Below are positions 9,070 through 18,400 of a DNA stretch of 64,000 bases, piece by piece; within the stretch, counting starts at the first letter, position 1, and the number at the start of each line of letters is the position of its first letter. The stretch is from Minisyncoccota bacterium. Lineage in GTDB: Bacteria > Patescibacteriota > Minisyncoccia > Minisyncoccales > GWA2-38-27. Where the stretch lies: NCBI GenBank assembly GCA_028687715.1, contig JAQTZP010000004.1, positions 25,751 through 89,750 of the forward strand. Direction: 5' to 3'. The notes below the pieces were generated by a model. That model had not been told where the DNA came from. It saw only the letters and a program-made list of their open reading frames with translations, and searched no databases. A program made the translations under genes and the position numbers.

Positions 9070-10206
9070 TCAATAAAACTCTCCTGTTAAGAATTCTCCG
9101 AACTTTTCTTTTATAGGAATGCTGAAGCAAAATACAGAGCCTTTTTTTTCCTTTGACTGAAACCAAATCCTTCCTCTGTGGGCTTCAATAATATTTTTTG
9201 AGATGTAGAGGCCGAGACCCGTTCCTTCCGTTTCTATTCTTACTATATTAGCACCGCGAAAAAACTTAGTAAATATTTTATCCTTCTGATTCTCTAAGAT
9301 GCCAAAACCATTATCCTCAATTTTTACCTCTACCTCCTTGTCATTTATTGAAAAAGAAACTATTATCTTTCCGCCCTTTTTATTATATCTTACAGCGTTA
9401 TCTAAAAGGTTTCCCACAGCAATAGCCATTTTCTCCTTATCAAGAAGAAGCTTGGGCAGTTTTTCTTCGGGCTTGTTGAATTCAAGCTTAATACCTTTAT
9501 CGTCTATCATCTTTTTATAACTCTCTATTACGGAATAAACTACTTCTTCAATATCTGAAAGAACTAATTTTGAAAGATATTTGCCTTCCTCAATCTGGGC
9601 AACGTTTAGAAGGTCATTAACCAGCCTTATCATCTTTTCATTTGTCTTATACGCTATATCAAGAGATTCCTTCTGATTTTCTGTGAGCTCTCCTATGTCT
9701 CCGTCAAGCAGCATCTTAATGGTCCACTTTACCGCCGAAGCAGGAGTTCTCAATTGATGAGCCGCCACTGTTACGAACTCGCTTTTTAACCTCTCTATCA
9801 TCTTTTGTTTGGTGATATCGTGAAGAATAACCAAAGTTCCTGTCTTCTCTCTATTAATCACAAGAGAAATGCTTGAAACCTCTATGATGAAATCCTGACT
9901 AATCTCAAGCTCTTTTTTCTCTGTTTCTTTAAAGCCTCCGCCAAAAACAGTGGTTAAAAGCTGAACCCGGGAATTGCGGCAGAGATCTAATAATGAAGTC
10001 CCTATAATATTTTTATTCTCAATATCTAAAATCTCTTGAGCTTTAGGGTTGATTAAAGAAAGCTTATTCCCTTTATCAAAAACTAAAATACCATCAGTCA
10101 GATAATAAACAATAGCCATTAAGATATTGCCGTTGTCGGGCATTACGCTCTTGGCCTTATCAATATCTAAGTTATCTCTTTTTGTTTTCTTCTTTTTCCA
10201 AAACAT
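9070..10206 (-). CDS. Sensor histidine kinase (PAS-like sensor, HisKA and HATPase_c)
   Basis: H-box VAAHQLRTPASAV; G-boxes GTGLGLYISKNIIEAHRG; a PAS-like N-terminal region. Confidence 0.8.
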   Translation of the reverse strand: MFWKKKKTKRDNLDIDKAKSVMPDNGNILMAIVYYLTDGILVFDKGNKLSLINPKAQEILDIENKNIIGTSLLDLCRNSRVQLLTTVFGGGFKETEKKELEISQDFIIEVSSISLVINREKTGTLVILHDITKQKMIERLKSEFVTVAAHQLRTPASAVKWTIKMLLDGDIGELTENQKESLDIAYKTNEKMIRLVNDLLNVAQIEEGKYLSKLVLSDIEEVVYSVIESYKKMIDDKGIKLEFNKPEEKLPKLLLDKEKMAIAVGNLLDNAVRYNKKGGKIIVSFSINDKEVEVKIEDNGFGILENQKDKIFTKFFRGANIVRIETEGTGLGLYISKNIIEAHRGRIWFQSKEKKGSVFCFSIPIKEKFGEFLTGEFY

Positions 10207-10226
10207 ATCAGTTCTTTTTTATTATT

Positions 10227-11222
10227 CTACCATAAACTAAGATTATTTTTATTCTTCTCTTCGGTTTTGTTCTCCTTTTCTGGTTCGGGCAGACGGTTAA
10301 TCAGGCTTTTAAACTCAAATCTCTCAAATATCTCTTTGATTTTATCCCTGCTGTAATCGCCGAACTTAAATGTTTCAAGCTCAAAATCAACCAGAGCATC
10401 GCATCTTATCTCAGCAAGCATCTTGGAAACAAAAGCCTGGTCCTTGTAATCTATGAGCTTTTTCCTTACTGAAGCGTTTATAGTTTTTGACTTTTCAGTA
10501 TTTTCCTCAATCTCTTTGTAAAGATTGTCTAAAGAATTGAATTCTTTTATTAAAGATATTGCTGTTTTTTCTCCAATTCCATATACTCCCGGTATATTAT
10601 CAGAAGGGTCTCCTCTTAAAGCCTTAAAATCAACCAGCTTATCCGGCGCTAAATCATTATATCTTTCTTTAACTCTTTTTTCATCGTATAATACTGCTTC
10701 ATTTATGCCTTTTTTTAAAACATATACTTTAGTGTATCTGTCAACAAGCTGAAGGGCGTCTAAGTCTCCAGTTAAAATAATTGTTTCAAGCTCTGGGAAA
10801 ATCTGCTTTTTAGGAGCCTTTTTGGAAATCGTCCCGATAATATCATCTGCTTCATACCCCTTTTGCTCAAAAACCTGGATATTAAGCTCTTTAAGTATTT
10901 CTTTTACTTTCGGAATCTGTTCATAAAGGTTATCCGGCGCTTTAGGCCTGTTTGCTTTGTAAAGCTTGTACTTTACATGGCGGAAAGTTTCAGCCGGAAA
11001 ATCAAAAGCAGCGATGATAAAATCAGGTTTAAACTCTTTCATTGATTTTAAAAAGAACGATAAAAAACCGTAAACAGCGTTTACCAGTTCTCCTTTTTTA
11101 GTGGCAAGCGGCGGAAGAGCATGATAAGCCCTGTGGATTATGGCATTTCCGTCAATGATTATTAAGCGTTTTTTATCTTCCATAAATTTAAACCCTATTA
11201 TGATTCTAACATAGTTTATCAA
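10227..11222 (-). CDS. 5'-3' exonuclease (FEN/Pol I N-terminal domain homolog)
   Basis: LIIIDGNAIIHRAYHALPPL, AFDFPAETFRH and GYEADDIIGT are conserved 5'-3' exonuclease motifs, followed by an H3TH region. Confidence 0.8.
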   Translation of the reverse strand: MINYVRIIIGFKFMEDKKRLIIIDGNAIIHRAYHALPPLATKKGELVNAVYGFLSFFLKSMKEFKPDFIIAAFDFPAETFRHVKYKLYKANRPKAPDNLYEQIPKVKEILKELNIQVFEQKGYEADDIIGTISKKAPKKQIFPELETIILTGDLDALQLVDRYTKVYVLKKGINEAVLYDEKRVKERYNDLAPDKLVDFKALRGDPSDNIPGVYGIGEKTAISLIKEFNSLDNLYKEIEENTEKSKTINASVRKKLIDYKDQAFVSKMLAEIRCDALVDFELETFKFGDYSRDKIKEIFERFEFKSLINRLPEPEKENKTEEKNKNNLSLW

Positions 11223-11655
11223 TAATTATCCTTCTTTTGTTTTCACCCATAGAATCTATTTTTATCCATATTGAATTTTTGGGCATAATCTTTTTAACCT
11301 TATCAGCCCATTCAACAGCAATTATATTCAAATGATTATGAATGATTTCTTTAAAACCTAAATCCAGAAGCTCTTTTGGGCTTTTAAGGCGATAGCAGTC
11401 AATGTGATAAAAAAATCTTCTCTTTATTTTAAACTTTCTTAAAATAACAAAAGTAGGGCTTAAAACTCTTTCTTTGACGCCTAAACCATTGGCAAAGCCC
11501 TGAAGAAAAGTGGTTTTTCCAGCGCCCAAGTCGCCTAAGAGCCCAATAACAATAGGTTTTTGGGAAGTTTTTTCGCTTAAAATCTTTTGAGCCAGCTTTC
11601 TGGCTAAATCCTTAGTTTCAATCTCTTTATATATTATATGGATTTCTTTTTTCAT
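11206..11655 (-). CDS. tsaE: tRNA threonylcarbamoyladenosine biosynthesis protein TsaE
   Basis: P-loop GDLGAGKTTFLQG and the VLSPTFVI motif of the YjeE family. Confidence 0.75.
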   Translation of the reverse strand: MKKEIHIIYKEIETKDLARKLAQKILSEKTSQKPIVIGLLGDLGAGKTTFLQGFANGLGVKERVLSPTFVILRKFKIKRRFFYHIDCYRLKSPKELLDLGFKEIIHNHLNIIAVEWADKVKKIMPKNSIWIKIDSMGENKRRIIIDKLC

Positions 11656-11725
11656 AATTAAAAGATTGACTATTTATTTTAATTAAGCTAAATTAAACTT
11701 AATCAGTTAATTAATTTTAATACAA

Positions 11726-13042
11726 ATGGCAGAAATCAAAAAGATTACCAAGGAAATATCTATTGATGGAATTTTAGCAGATGATATAAAAAAGGAAATA
11801 GAGAGTGTTTCTGATTTTAAAGAAAAGATTAAAAAAAGCCTAAATAAAAATGTAAGCGATTTGGTTGAAATTATTTTAACAGCATCTTTTTATCTTGACG
11901 CCTCTGATATTCATTTAGAGCCGAGCCAAAAAAAAACAGACTTTAGACTAAGAATAGACGGAGTGCTTCATGATGTATTCTCTTTTTCTCCAGATGAGTA
12001 TAAAAAGCTTCTCTCAAGAATTAAGCTTCTGTCAAAATTAAAGCTTAATATAACAGCCAAGCCCCAGGACGGCCGATTTTCTGTTTTAATAAAAGACGCT
12101 TCTATTGAAATAAGGACATCGTCAATACCGGCAGAGTACGGAGAATCCCTTGTTTTAAGAATCCTAAACCCGAAATGGGTGGTGGAAATGGAGGATTTGG
12201 GCTTAAGAAAAGATTTAATGGAACTATTTAAAAAGGAAATAGAAAAACCTAATGGGATGATAGTCTGCACCGGGCCTACCGGTTCTGGAAAAACAACAAC
12301 TCTCTATGCTTTTTTAAAGAAGATTTACGTTCCCGAGATAAAAATCATTACAATTGAAGACCCTATTGAATACCATCTAAAAGGAGTTTCTCAAACTCAG
12401 GTTGACTCCTCAAGAGGATATGATTTTGCCAACGGATTAAGGGCTATAGTCCGTCAGGATCCTGATGTTATTTTAGTCGGAGAAATAAGGGATTTAGAAA
12501 CCGCTCAAATATCTCTTCAAGCCGCCTTAACCGGACACCTTGTTTTAAGCACTATTCACACCAATGACGCCTCAGGCACAATATCAAGATTTCAAGCCTT
12601 AGGGGAAAAACCCTCAAACATTGCTCCTGCCTTAAATCTTGCCATAGGCCAAAGGCTGGTTAGAAAACTCTGTCCTAAATGCCAGGTATCTAAAAAAATC
12701 AAGCCTGATGATTTTAAGAAAATAAAGAACGAGCTGAAAAACCTTCCCAAGTCAGTAGAAATCCCGAAATTAAGCCCTTCTATGAAAATAAATTATGGGA
12801 AAGGGTGCAAATACTGCAATTTTACCGGATTTAAGGGCCGGGCAGGAATCTTTGAGGCTTTTTTGATTGACAATGAAATGGAGAAATTCATTCTGTCATC
12901 TCCTTCTATAAATGAAATCAAACAAAAAGCAGTTGAAAAAGGAATGGTTCTAATGAGGCAGGATGGGTTTATAAAAGTATTATCAGGCATAACCACAATA
13001 TCTGAAATAGAAAGAGTTACCAGCGAGGAAGAATCTTTGTAA
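11726..13042 (+). CDS. pilB: Type IV pilus / type II secretion assembly ATPase (PilB/GspE family)
   Basis: Walker A GPTGSGKTTTL; Asp box and Walker B (VGEIRD); His box LVLSTIHTND; C-terminal tetracysteine CPKCQ...CKYC. Confidence 0.85.
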   Translation: MAEIKKITKEISIDGILADDIKKEIESVSDFKEKIKKSLNKNVSDLVEIILTASFYLDASDIHLEPSQKKTDFRLRIDGVLHDVFSFSPDEYKKLLSRIKLLSKLKLNITAKPQDGRFSVLIKDASIEIRTSSIPAEYGESLVLRILNPKWVVEMEDLGLRKDLMELFKKEIEKPNGMIVCTGPTGSGKTTTLYAFLKKIYVPEIKIITIEDPIEYHLKGVSQTQVDSSRGYDFANGLRAIVRQDPDVILVGEIRDLETAQISLQAALTGHLVLSTIHTNDASGTISRFQALGEKPSNIAPALNLAIGQRLVRKLCPKCQVSKKIKPDDFKKIKNELKNLPKSVEIPKLSPSMKINYGKGCKYCNFTGFKGRAGIFEAFLIDNEMEKFILSSPSINEIKQKAVEKGMVLMRQDGFIKVLSGITTISEIERVTSEEESL

Positions 13043-13050
13043 AATAAAAA

Positions 13051-13180
13051 CAACCCTTAAGGTTGGGGGGTTGACTAAAGTTTTAGGAACTAAAAGTTTA
13101 GAATTTTTACCAGGATAAGCCTCGCCGAAACCAAGCTGTCCATAGAATAAAAATTCCAAACCCCCCAACCCTAAGAGCTG
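13051..13180. repeat. Long-range inverted repeat (about 19 nt arms, G6/C6 tracts) enclosing roughly 80 nt of intergenic sequence
   Basis: ACAACCCTTAAGGTTGGGGGGTT (13051-13074) is near-perfectly complementary to AACCCCCCAACCCTAAGAG (about 13155-13175). G/C homopolymer runs are unusual in this AT-rich genome. Confidence 0.45.
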
Positions 13181-13206
13181 TTCAATAACTCTAATTCTAA
13201 TACTAT

Positions 13207-14241
13207 ATGAAAAATTTGTCAAGACCACCCTTTCTTGCCGGCTCTGACGCTCTGACCGAAGAAGAAAAAAACCTTGACCTTGCCTTAAGGCCTAAAAATT
13301 GGGACAGCTATATCGGCCAGGATAAGATTAAAAGAAATATAAAGATAATAATTGAAGCTGCCAAAAAGAGAAACGAAGCGCCTGAACATCTTCTTTTTTA
13401 CGGAAACAGCGGTCTGGGAAAAACAAGCCTGGCCCATCTCATTGCCAAAGAAACAGGCTCTAATATCCGAGTCACCTCGGGTCCGGTAATAGAAAAAGCA
13501 GGAGACCTTGCTGCGATTCTAACCAATCTTTCAGAAAAAGATATTCTTTTTATTGATGAACTTCACAGGCTTAATAAGCTCTGCGAGGAAATAATATATC
13601 CTGCAATGGAGGATTATAAGTTGAATATTGTACTGGGAAAAGGACCCATGGCAAGAACAATGGAATTAAAACTCCCTCATTTTACCATAATCGGAGCCAC
13701 AACAAGACTAGGCCTTATATCAGCCCCTTTAAGAAATAGGTTCGGAGCAACCTTTCAGCTTAGCTTTTACCAAAAAGAAGATATAGAGAAGATTATAATA
13801 AATTCAAGCAGAATTCTAAACATAAAAATAGAGCCTGAAGCAGTAAAGATTATCGCCAGACGCTCCAGGCTTACCCCTCGAGCCGCCAACAGGCTATTGA
13901 AAAGAGTGAGAGACTTTGCCCAGGTTGAAGGACAGGGAATAATTACTGCCCCAAACGCTGAAAAAGCTTTAACTCAACTGGAAATAGACCAAATGGGGCT
14001 TGAATCTGGAGACAGAAAAATCTTAGAAGCAATCATTGATAAGTTTCAAGGAGGTCCTGTCGGACTCCAAACCTTGGCGGCAGCCACTTCAGAAGAAGAA
14101 GGCACTATTTTAGATATCTATGAACCCTATCTAATGCAGATAGGCTTTATTGAAAGAACTCCCAGAGGAAGAATGGCTACTAAATATGCCTATGAGCATT
14201 TTGGGATAAAATACAAAGGCCCTCAAAACTCATTGATTTAA
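13207..14241 (+). CDS. ruvB: Holliday junction ATP-dependent DNA helicase RuvB
   Basis: LRPKNWDSYIGQ; Walker A GNSGLGKTSLA; a sensor/arginine finger; and a winged-helix C-terminus. Confidence 0.9.
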   Translation: MKNLSRPPFLAGSDALTEEEKNLDLALRPKNWDSYIGQDKIKRNIKIIIEAAKKRNEAPEHLLFYGNSGLGKTSLAHLIAKETGSNIRVTSGPVIEKAGDLAAILTNLSEKDILFIDELHRLNKLCEEIIYPAMEDYKLNIVLGKGPMARTMELKLPHFTIIGATTRLGLISAPLRNRFGATFQLSFYQKEDIEKIIINSSRILNIKIEPEAVKIIARRSRLTPRAANRLLKRVRDFAQVEGQGIITAPNAEKALTQLEIDQMGLESGDRKILEAIIDKFQGGPVGLQTLAAATSEEEGTILDIYEPYLMQIGFIERTPRGRMATKYAYEHFGIKYKGPQNSLI

Positions 14242-15428
14242 TGAAAAGATATCTTATTATAATAATCTTTGCCATAGCTCCTTTTGACGTCTTGGGAGCT
14301 AATTTTTTAGATGTGTCTATCAACGAAATATGCTGGATGGGAACAGAAATATCAGCCAATGATGAATGGATTGAACTTTACAATAACACCAACAACACCA
14401 TAAATCTTGAAGGATGGGTTTTAAAATCAGAGGATGACAGCCCAGAGATAAATCTAACCGGCGCTATCAATCCTTATGGCTATTATCTAATGGAAAGAAC
14501 AGACGACAATACAGTGCCTTATATATCTGCTGACGTAATTTATAAAGGAGGCTTGTCAAACAGCGGTGAAAGTTTAAAGCTCTATGACAATTCCGGAAAT
14601 CTAATTGACGAAGCTGATTGCAAAGACGGCTGGCCGGAAGGAGATAATGCTAAAAAACTAACAATGGAAAGGACAGATGATTCCAACTGGCAGACAAGCC
14701 AGAATACAAATGGAACCCCAAAAGCAAAAAACAGCCAGAAAGAAATAAATGCAGAGACTATAACTCCAAACAATTTGGAACAAATAACCGATATGCCGAT
14801 CATAAGGGAAGAAACCGAAACAACTTACCCGGGCGGAATATTATTTAATGAAATTCTTCCATCTCCTGAAGGAAAAGATGATACCGAAGAATGGATTGAA
14901 ATATTCAATCAGAATAACTTTGAAGTAAGCCTTTACAACTGGAAAATAAAAGACAATGAAGGGAAAACTACCGAATATATCTTTGACAGCGAATCAAAGA
15001 TATCTCCTTTGGGATATCTAGTATTGAAAAGACCTAAAACAAAAATCATCTTAAACAATGACATTGATAATCTTGTTCTCATCAACCCAATTAATGAAAT
15101 TATAGACTCTGTATCTTATGAAAAAGCGCCCCAGGGGAAATCATACAACAGAGTTTCATCTAACTGGATCTGGAGCAAGAGCCTGACTCCTGGCTCAAAA
15201 AATATCATTGTGAATGAAGAAAAAAGCACTGATTCTTTAAATAAAACTCTAGATAAAAAAGAGTTTGAGTCAAGTAATAATGATAATAAAACTGCTGAGA
15301 TAAAAGAGAAGCTAATGCCCTATGTTTCCAATAAATTTAGCTTTCTAATTGCTTTTTTAACTGCGCTCTTTTCAGCAGTGATAATTATATTTCTTAAGAA
15401 AAGCCTCTCTAAGCGTGAAGATATTTAA
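14241..15428 (+). CDS. Lamin-tail-domain (LTD) protein with a signal peptide, two LTD repeats and a C-terminal transmembrane anchor
   Basis: Two copies of the NEIxW...EWIELYN...LEGWxL pattern (INEICWMGT...EWIELYNNTNNTINLEGWVL and LFNEILPSPEGKDDTEEWIEIFNQ...NWKIKDNEG). N-terminal hydrophobic signal and C-terminal helix FLIAFLTALFSAVIIIFL. Confidence 0.65.
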   Translation: MKRYLIIIIFAIAPFDVLGANFLDVSINEICWMGTEISANDEWIELYNNTNNTINLEGWVLKSEDDSPEINLTGAINPYGYYLMERTDDNTVPYISADVIYKGGLSNSGESLKLYDNSGNLIDEADCKDGWPEGDNAKKLTMERTDDSNWQTSQNTNGTPKAKNSQKEINAETITPNNLEQITDMPIIREETETTYPGGILFNEILPSPEGKDDTEEWIEIFNQNNFEVSLYNWKIKDNEGKTTEYIFDSESKISPLGYLVLKRPKTKIILNNDIDNLVLINPINEIIDSVSYEKAPQGKSYNRVSSNWIWSKSLTPGSKNIIVNEEKSTDSLNKTLDKKEFESSNNDNKTAEIKEKLMPYVSNKFSFLIAFLTALFSAVIIIFLKKSLSKREDI

Positions 15429-15436
15429 AATCAGTT

Positions 15437-15476
15437 AAAAAAAGACCCGGGCACTTCAACTCGGGTCTTTTATTTT
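15437..15476. terminator. Bidirectional rho-independent terminator between convergent genes
   Basis: AAGACCCGG-loop-CGGGTCTT hairpin with an A-run upstream and a T-run downstream. Confidence 0.6.
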
Positions 15477-15492
15477 AAACCTTTGATTAATC

Positions 15493-18400
15493 TTAAAAAG
15501 GAGGTATTTCAATCCATTCTGGAGGAAGAAGAGTCATTCCTATAGGTACATCAATAGCCAGAGAGCAATCCCTGGACAAAGAATCGGTAACCATTAGAAC
15601 AACCTCTTTGGAACCTTCGGAATTAAACTTAATATTTGCGGGATTAGGACTAGTAGAACTCGCAGGAGTTCCGCTTTCAAAAGTCCATAAATAATTACAA
15701 GGACCTGAAGGACAAGTAGTTCCTGCGCTGAAAAAATCAGTATTTTCACCAACATTAGGATTTGAAGGATCCCAGGTAAATGAGGGACAGGGATATTCAG
15801 CTATCGAAGGAATGGTTGAGCTTGCCCAAGGAGAGTCTATAGGTCCGTTAGTATCCCAAACCATTACTCTCCAGTAATAATTAGTGCTGAAATTAATAGA
15901 TTGAGTAGCATAAGAATTTGAACTGCTTTGTACTTTATTGGTGTCAATTATTAGGTTGTTAAAACCCTCGTCAGTTGCAACCTGAACCTGATAGGCTGAT
16001 TGAAGATCGCCTTCGTCAGGATCAGAATATGTCCAAGAAAAAGCTACTGAAGGAACAGCATCGCAACAATCGGTAGCGCTGGGATTAAAGCTGATATTAG
16101 AAGGAGCATTAGGAGGATTATTAGACGGCTCTCCTTCACATCTACAATTTATACATTGCTGATATGGAAAACATAGATTTAAGCCCGGCTCTCCGCACTC
16201 CTCACCTGCATCTCTTATTCCGTCTCCGCAGCAGCAGTCTTCATCGCTAGAACACTCATCAGGAAGCTGTGATTTTGCTGATAATAAACATGCTATCATT
16301 CCGTTTGAAAAAGTACAAATTTTGCTTTTGCCTTCGCAATCTTCATAAGAGAAACATTGATTGCTTCCTTCTCCTGATACAGAAACGCAAGAATTACTGC
16401 TGTCGCATTCTAAGTGCTGTTTATCGCAGTCATTATTTGATAAACATTCATTTTTTCCCTCTCCGGGTTGAGGAACGCAAGTCGTGCCTACGCATTCATA
16501 ATGAGAGCCATCGCACCCTGAATCATCTAAGCACTTGTCTTCTCCTCCGCCTGACACAGAAACGCACCTATTGGCACTGCAGTCTAAATGTGTCTCGCCG
16601 CAATCGCTGTTTGAAAAACATTCATCAGAGCCTTCTCCTGAAACTAAATTACAGATGTTTACTCCACAAGCCCTGTGTTTATCATCTGTTCTGCAAATAG
16701 TAGAATCAGAACATTCATCTGGCCCTTGATCCATTACTGCAATGCAGTATTCAGCATAACAGATGTTATGGCTTCCCCAATCCTGGAAGCTTACTATCCC
16801 TCCCCCTTCACCAGCACAGGATTCAGGACCCTTAGAAGCAGAAGGGATTGATGAGATTTGAACGCTTGAGCCGATTTCTCCGGCTGAACCATTATTTGAA
16901 GGCGGAATGAACTTAATTGAAAAGTTTTCAGCAGAATAATTTGAACCTCCAAGCAAAGGATCTTTTGTCCTGCAGGAATTGAGTCCTGAATAAGAACAGC
17001 AATAAGGAGAATCAACAGGGCACTCAACTCCGTAATCCCAATAAGGATAAGTACCTGAATAAGCGCAGAAAGAATCAGCGCGAGGAAGATCTAGGACGGA
17101 AGCGCCCTGCAACCCACCTGCTCCCCCTGCTCCTGGGTTAAGCTGACCTTGAATAATATTTATATTAGTTAGTTGTATCGTACCGGCATTTCCTCCTTTG
17201 CCTCCAATTCCTCCGTTCCCAGGCTGATTTATGGAACTTGATTGTCCTGTTCCTCCTCTTCTGCCTATGCCGCCGCTAGCATAAAAGTTTTTTAAAATAG
17301 AGATATCAAGCGGGCTGTCTATTAAAATACTTCCTCCATCTCCGCCGCTTGCTCCTGACTGACCGCCATAGGAAGAAAAACCTGTTTGAGCAATTTCAAC
17401 TACTCCGCTTGTTCGAGATATTCCTGAGGCAACCTCTTCCGGGCTTAATACTCTTGTCTGGCAAGGAGTCTGAAGATTAGGCCCTCCTGATTTTGCTATA
17501 TTAATAAGTTCGGCTCCGCTTTTTGGATTAGTGCAGTACCAAGGATAAGAGCTGTAATCTCCGTCTCCTGTATCTCCGCCGTCTCCTCCTTTAATTTCTG
17601 CTGTAATGTTTTCAATAGGGTCATCAGTAGGCATCGGCTTTAAAGTTATATTTCCTCCAGCTCCTCCAGCGCCTGATACTTCAGCTACTTTTATCTCTTT
17701 TACTGCTTTATCTCTCCAGCCGGTTAAATCGCAGTTTCCAGTATGGTTATTGTAAATATCAAAAGGCGTTGCCATAACATTATAATCACCACTTTCTCCT
17801 CCTTTGCCCCCATTGCTTTTAAGAACTAAACTTTTAAAACAATGTATCCTGCTTGCACTTACTGTGATACTTCCTCCAATTCCTCCTGTTCCTCCTTGAC
17901 CCCCTGAACCTCTTTCATACATTGTATGAGTTACTGGTCCTTGATAGTAAATTCCGCCAACAGAGCAGTAATTACCTCCTGCGCCTATTCCTCCTCGAGA
18001 ACCATTCCCGCCGTTAGACTTCAAATCAAGAATATTAGTTCCTGACGCCCACTGGATCCTTGGACTTGTAACTGATATGTTTCCTCCATTTCCTCCAGAA
18101 ACTCCGTCTTGACCATCTGTTCCGTTGTAATATTCATGGGTTTGTTCTCTACAAAACGCATCTGTATCAGAAATAAAACTTCCAGTTGCAGGATCTAGAC
18201 TCACCCCTTCTTTTAAATACCATAAAGAGCCGTAGGGGCTTGGGTCTGAAGGAGTAAAACCAGAAGTATCTGCTATAAGGGAACGGCCCCAACCATTTGG
18301 CGCTGTTCCTTCTATCCTATAATTTGAAACTAAATTAACATCCCCCCCGTTGGGAGCAAAAGCATATCTGGCCCTGGCATAAATAGGGTTTTCTATTAAA

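Noticed and set aside
12983-13228. 81-aa minus-strand ORF across the pilB-ruvB intergenic region
   Set aside because: It overlaps the ends of two strongly supported genes and is built from the inverted-repeat element. No RBS. It is more likely a structured non-coding region.
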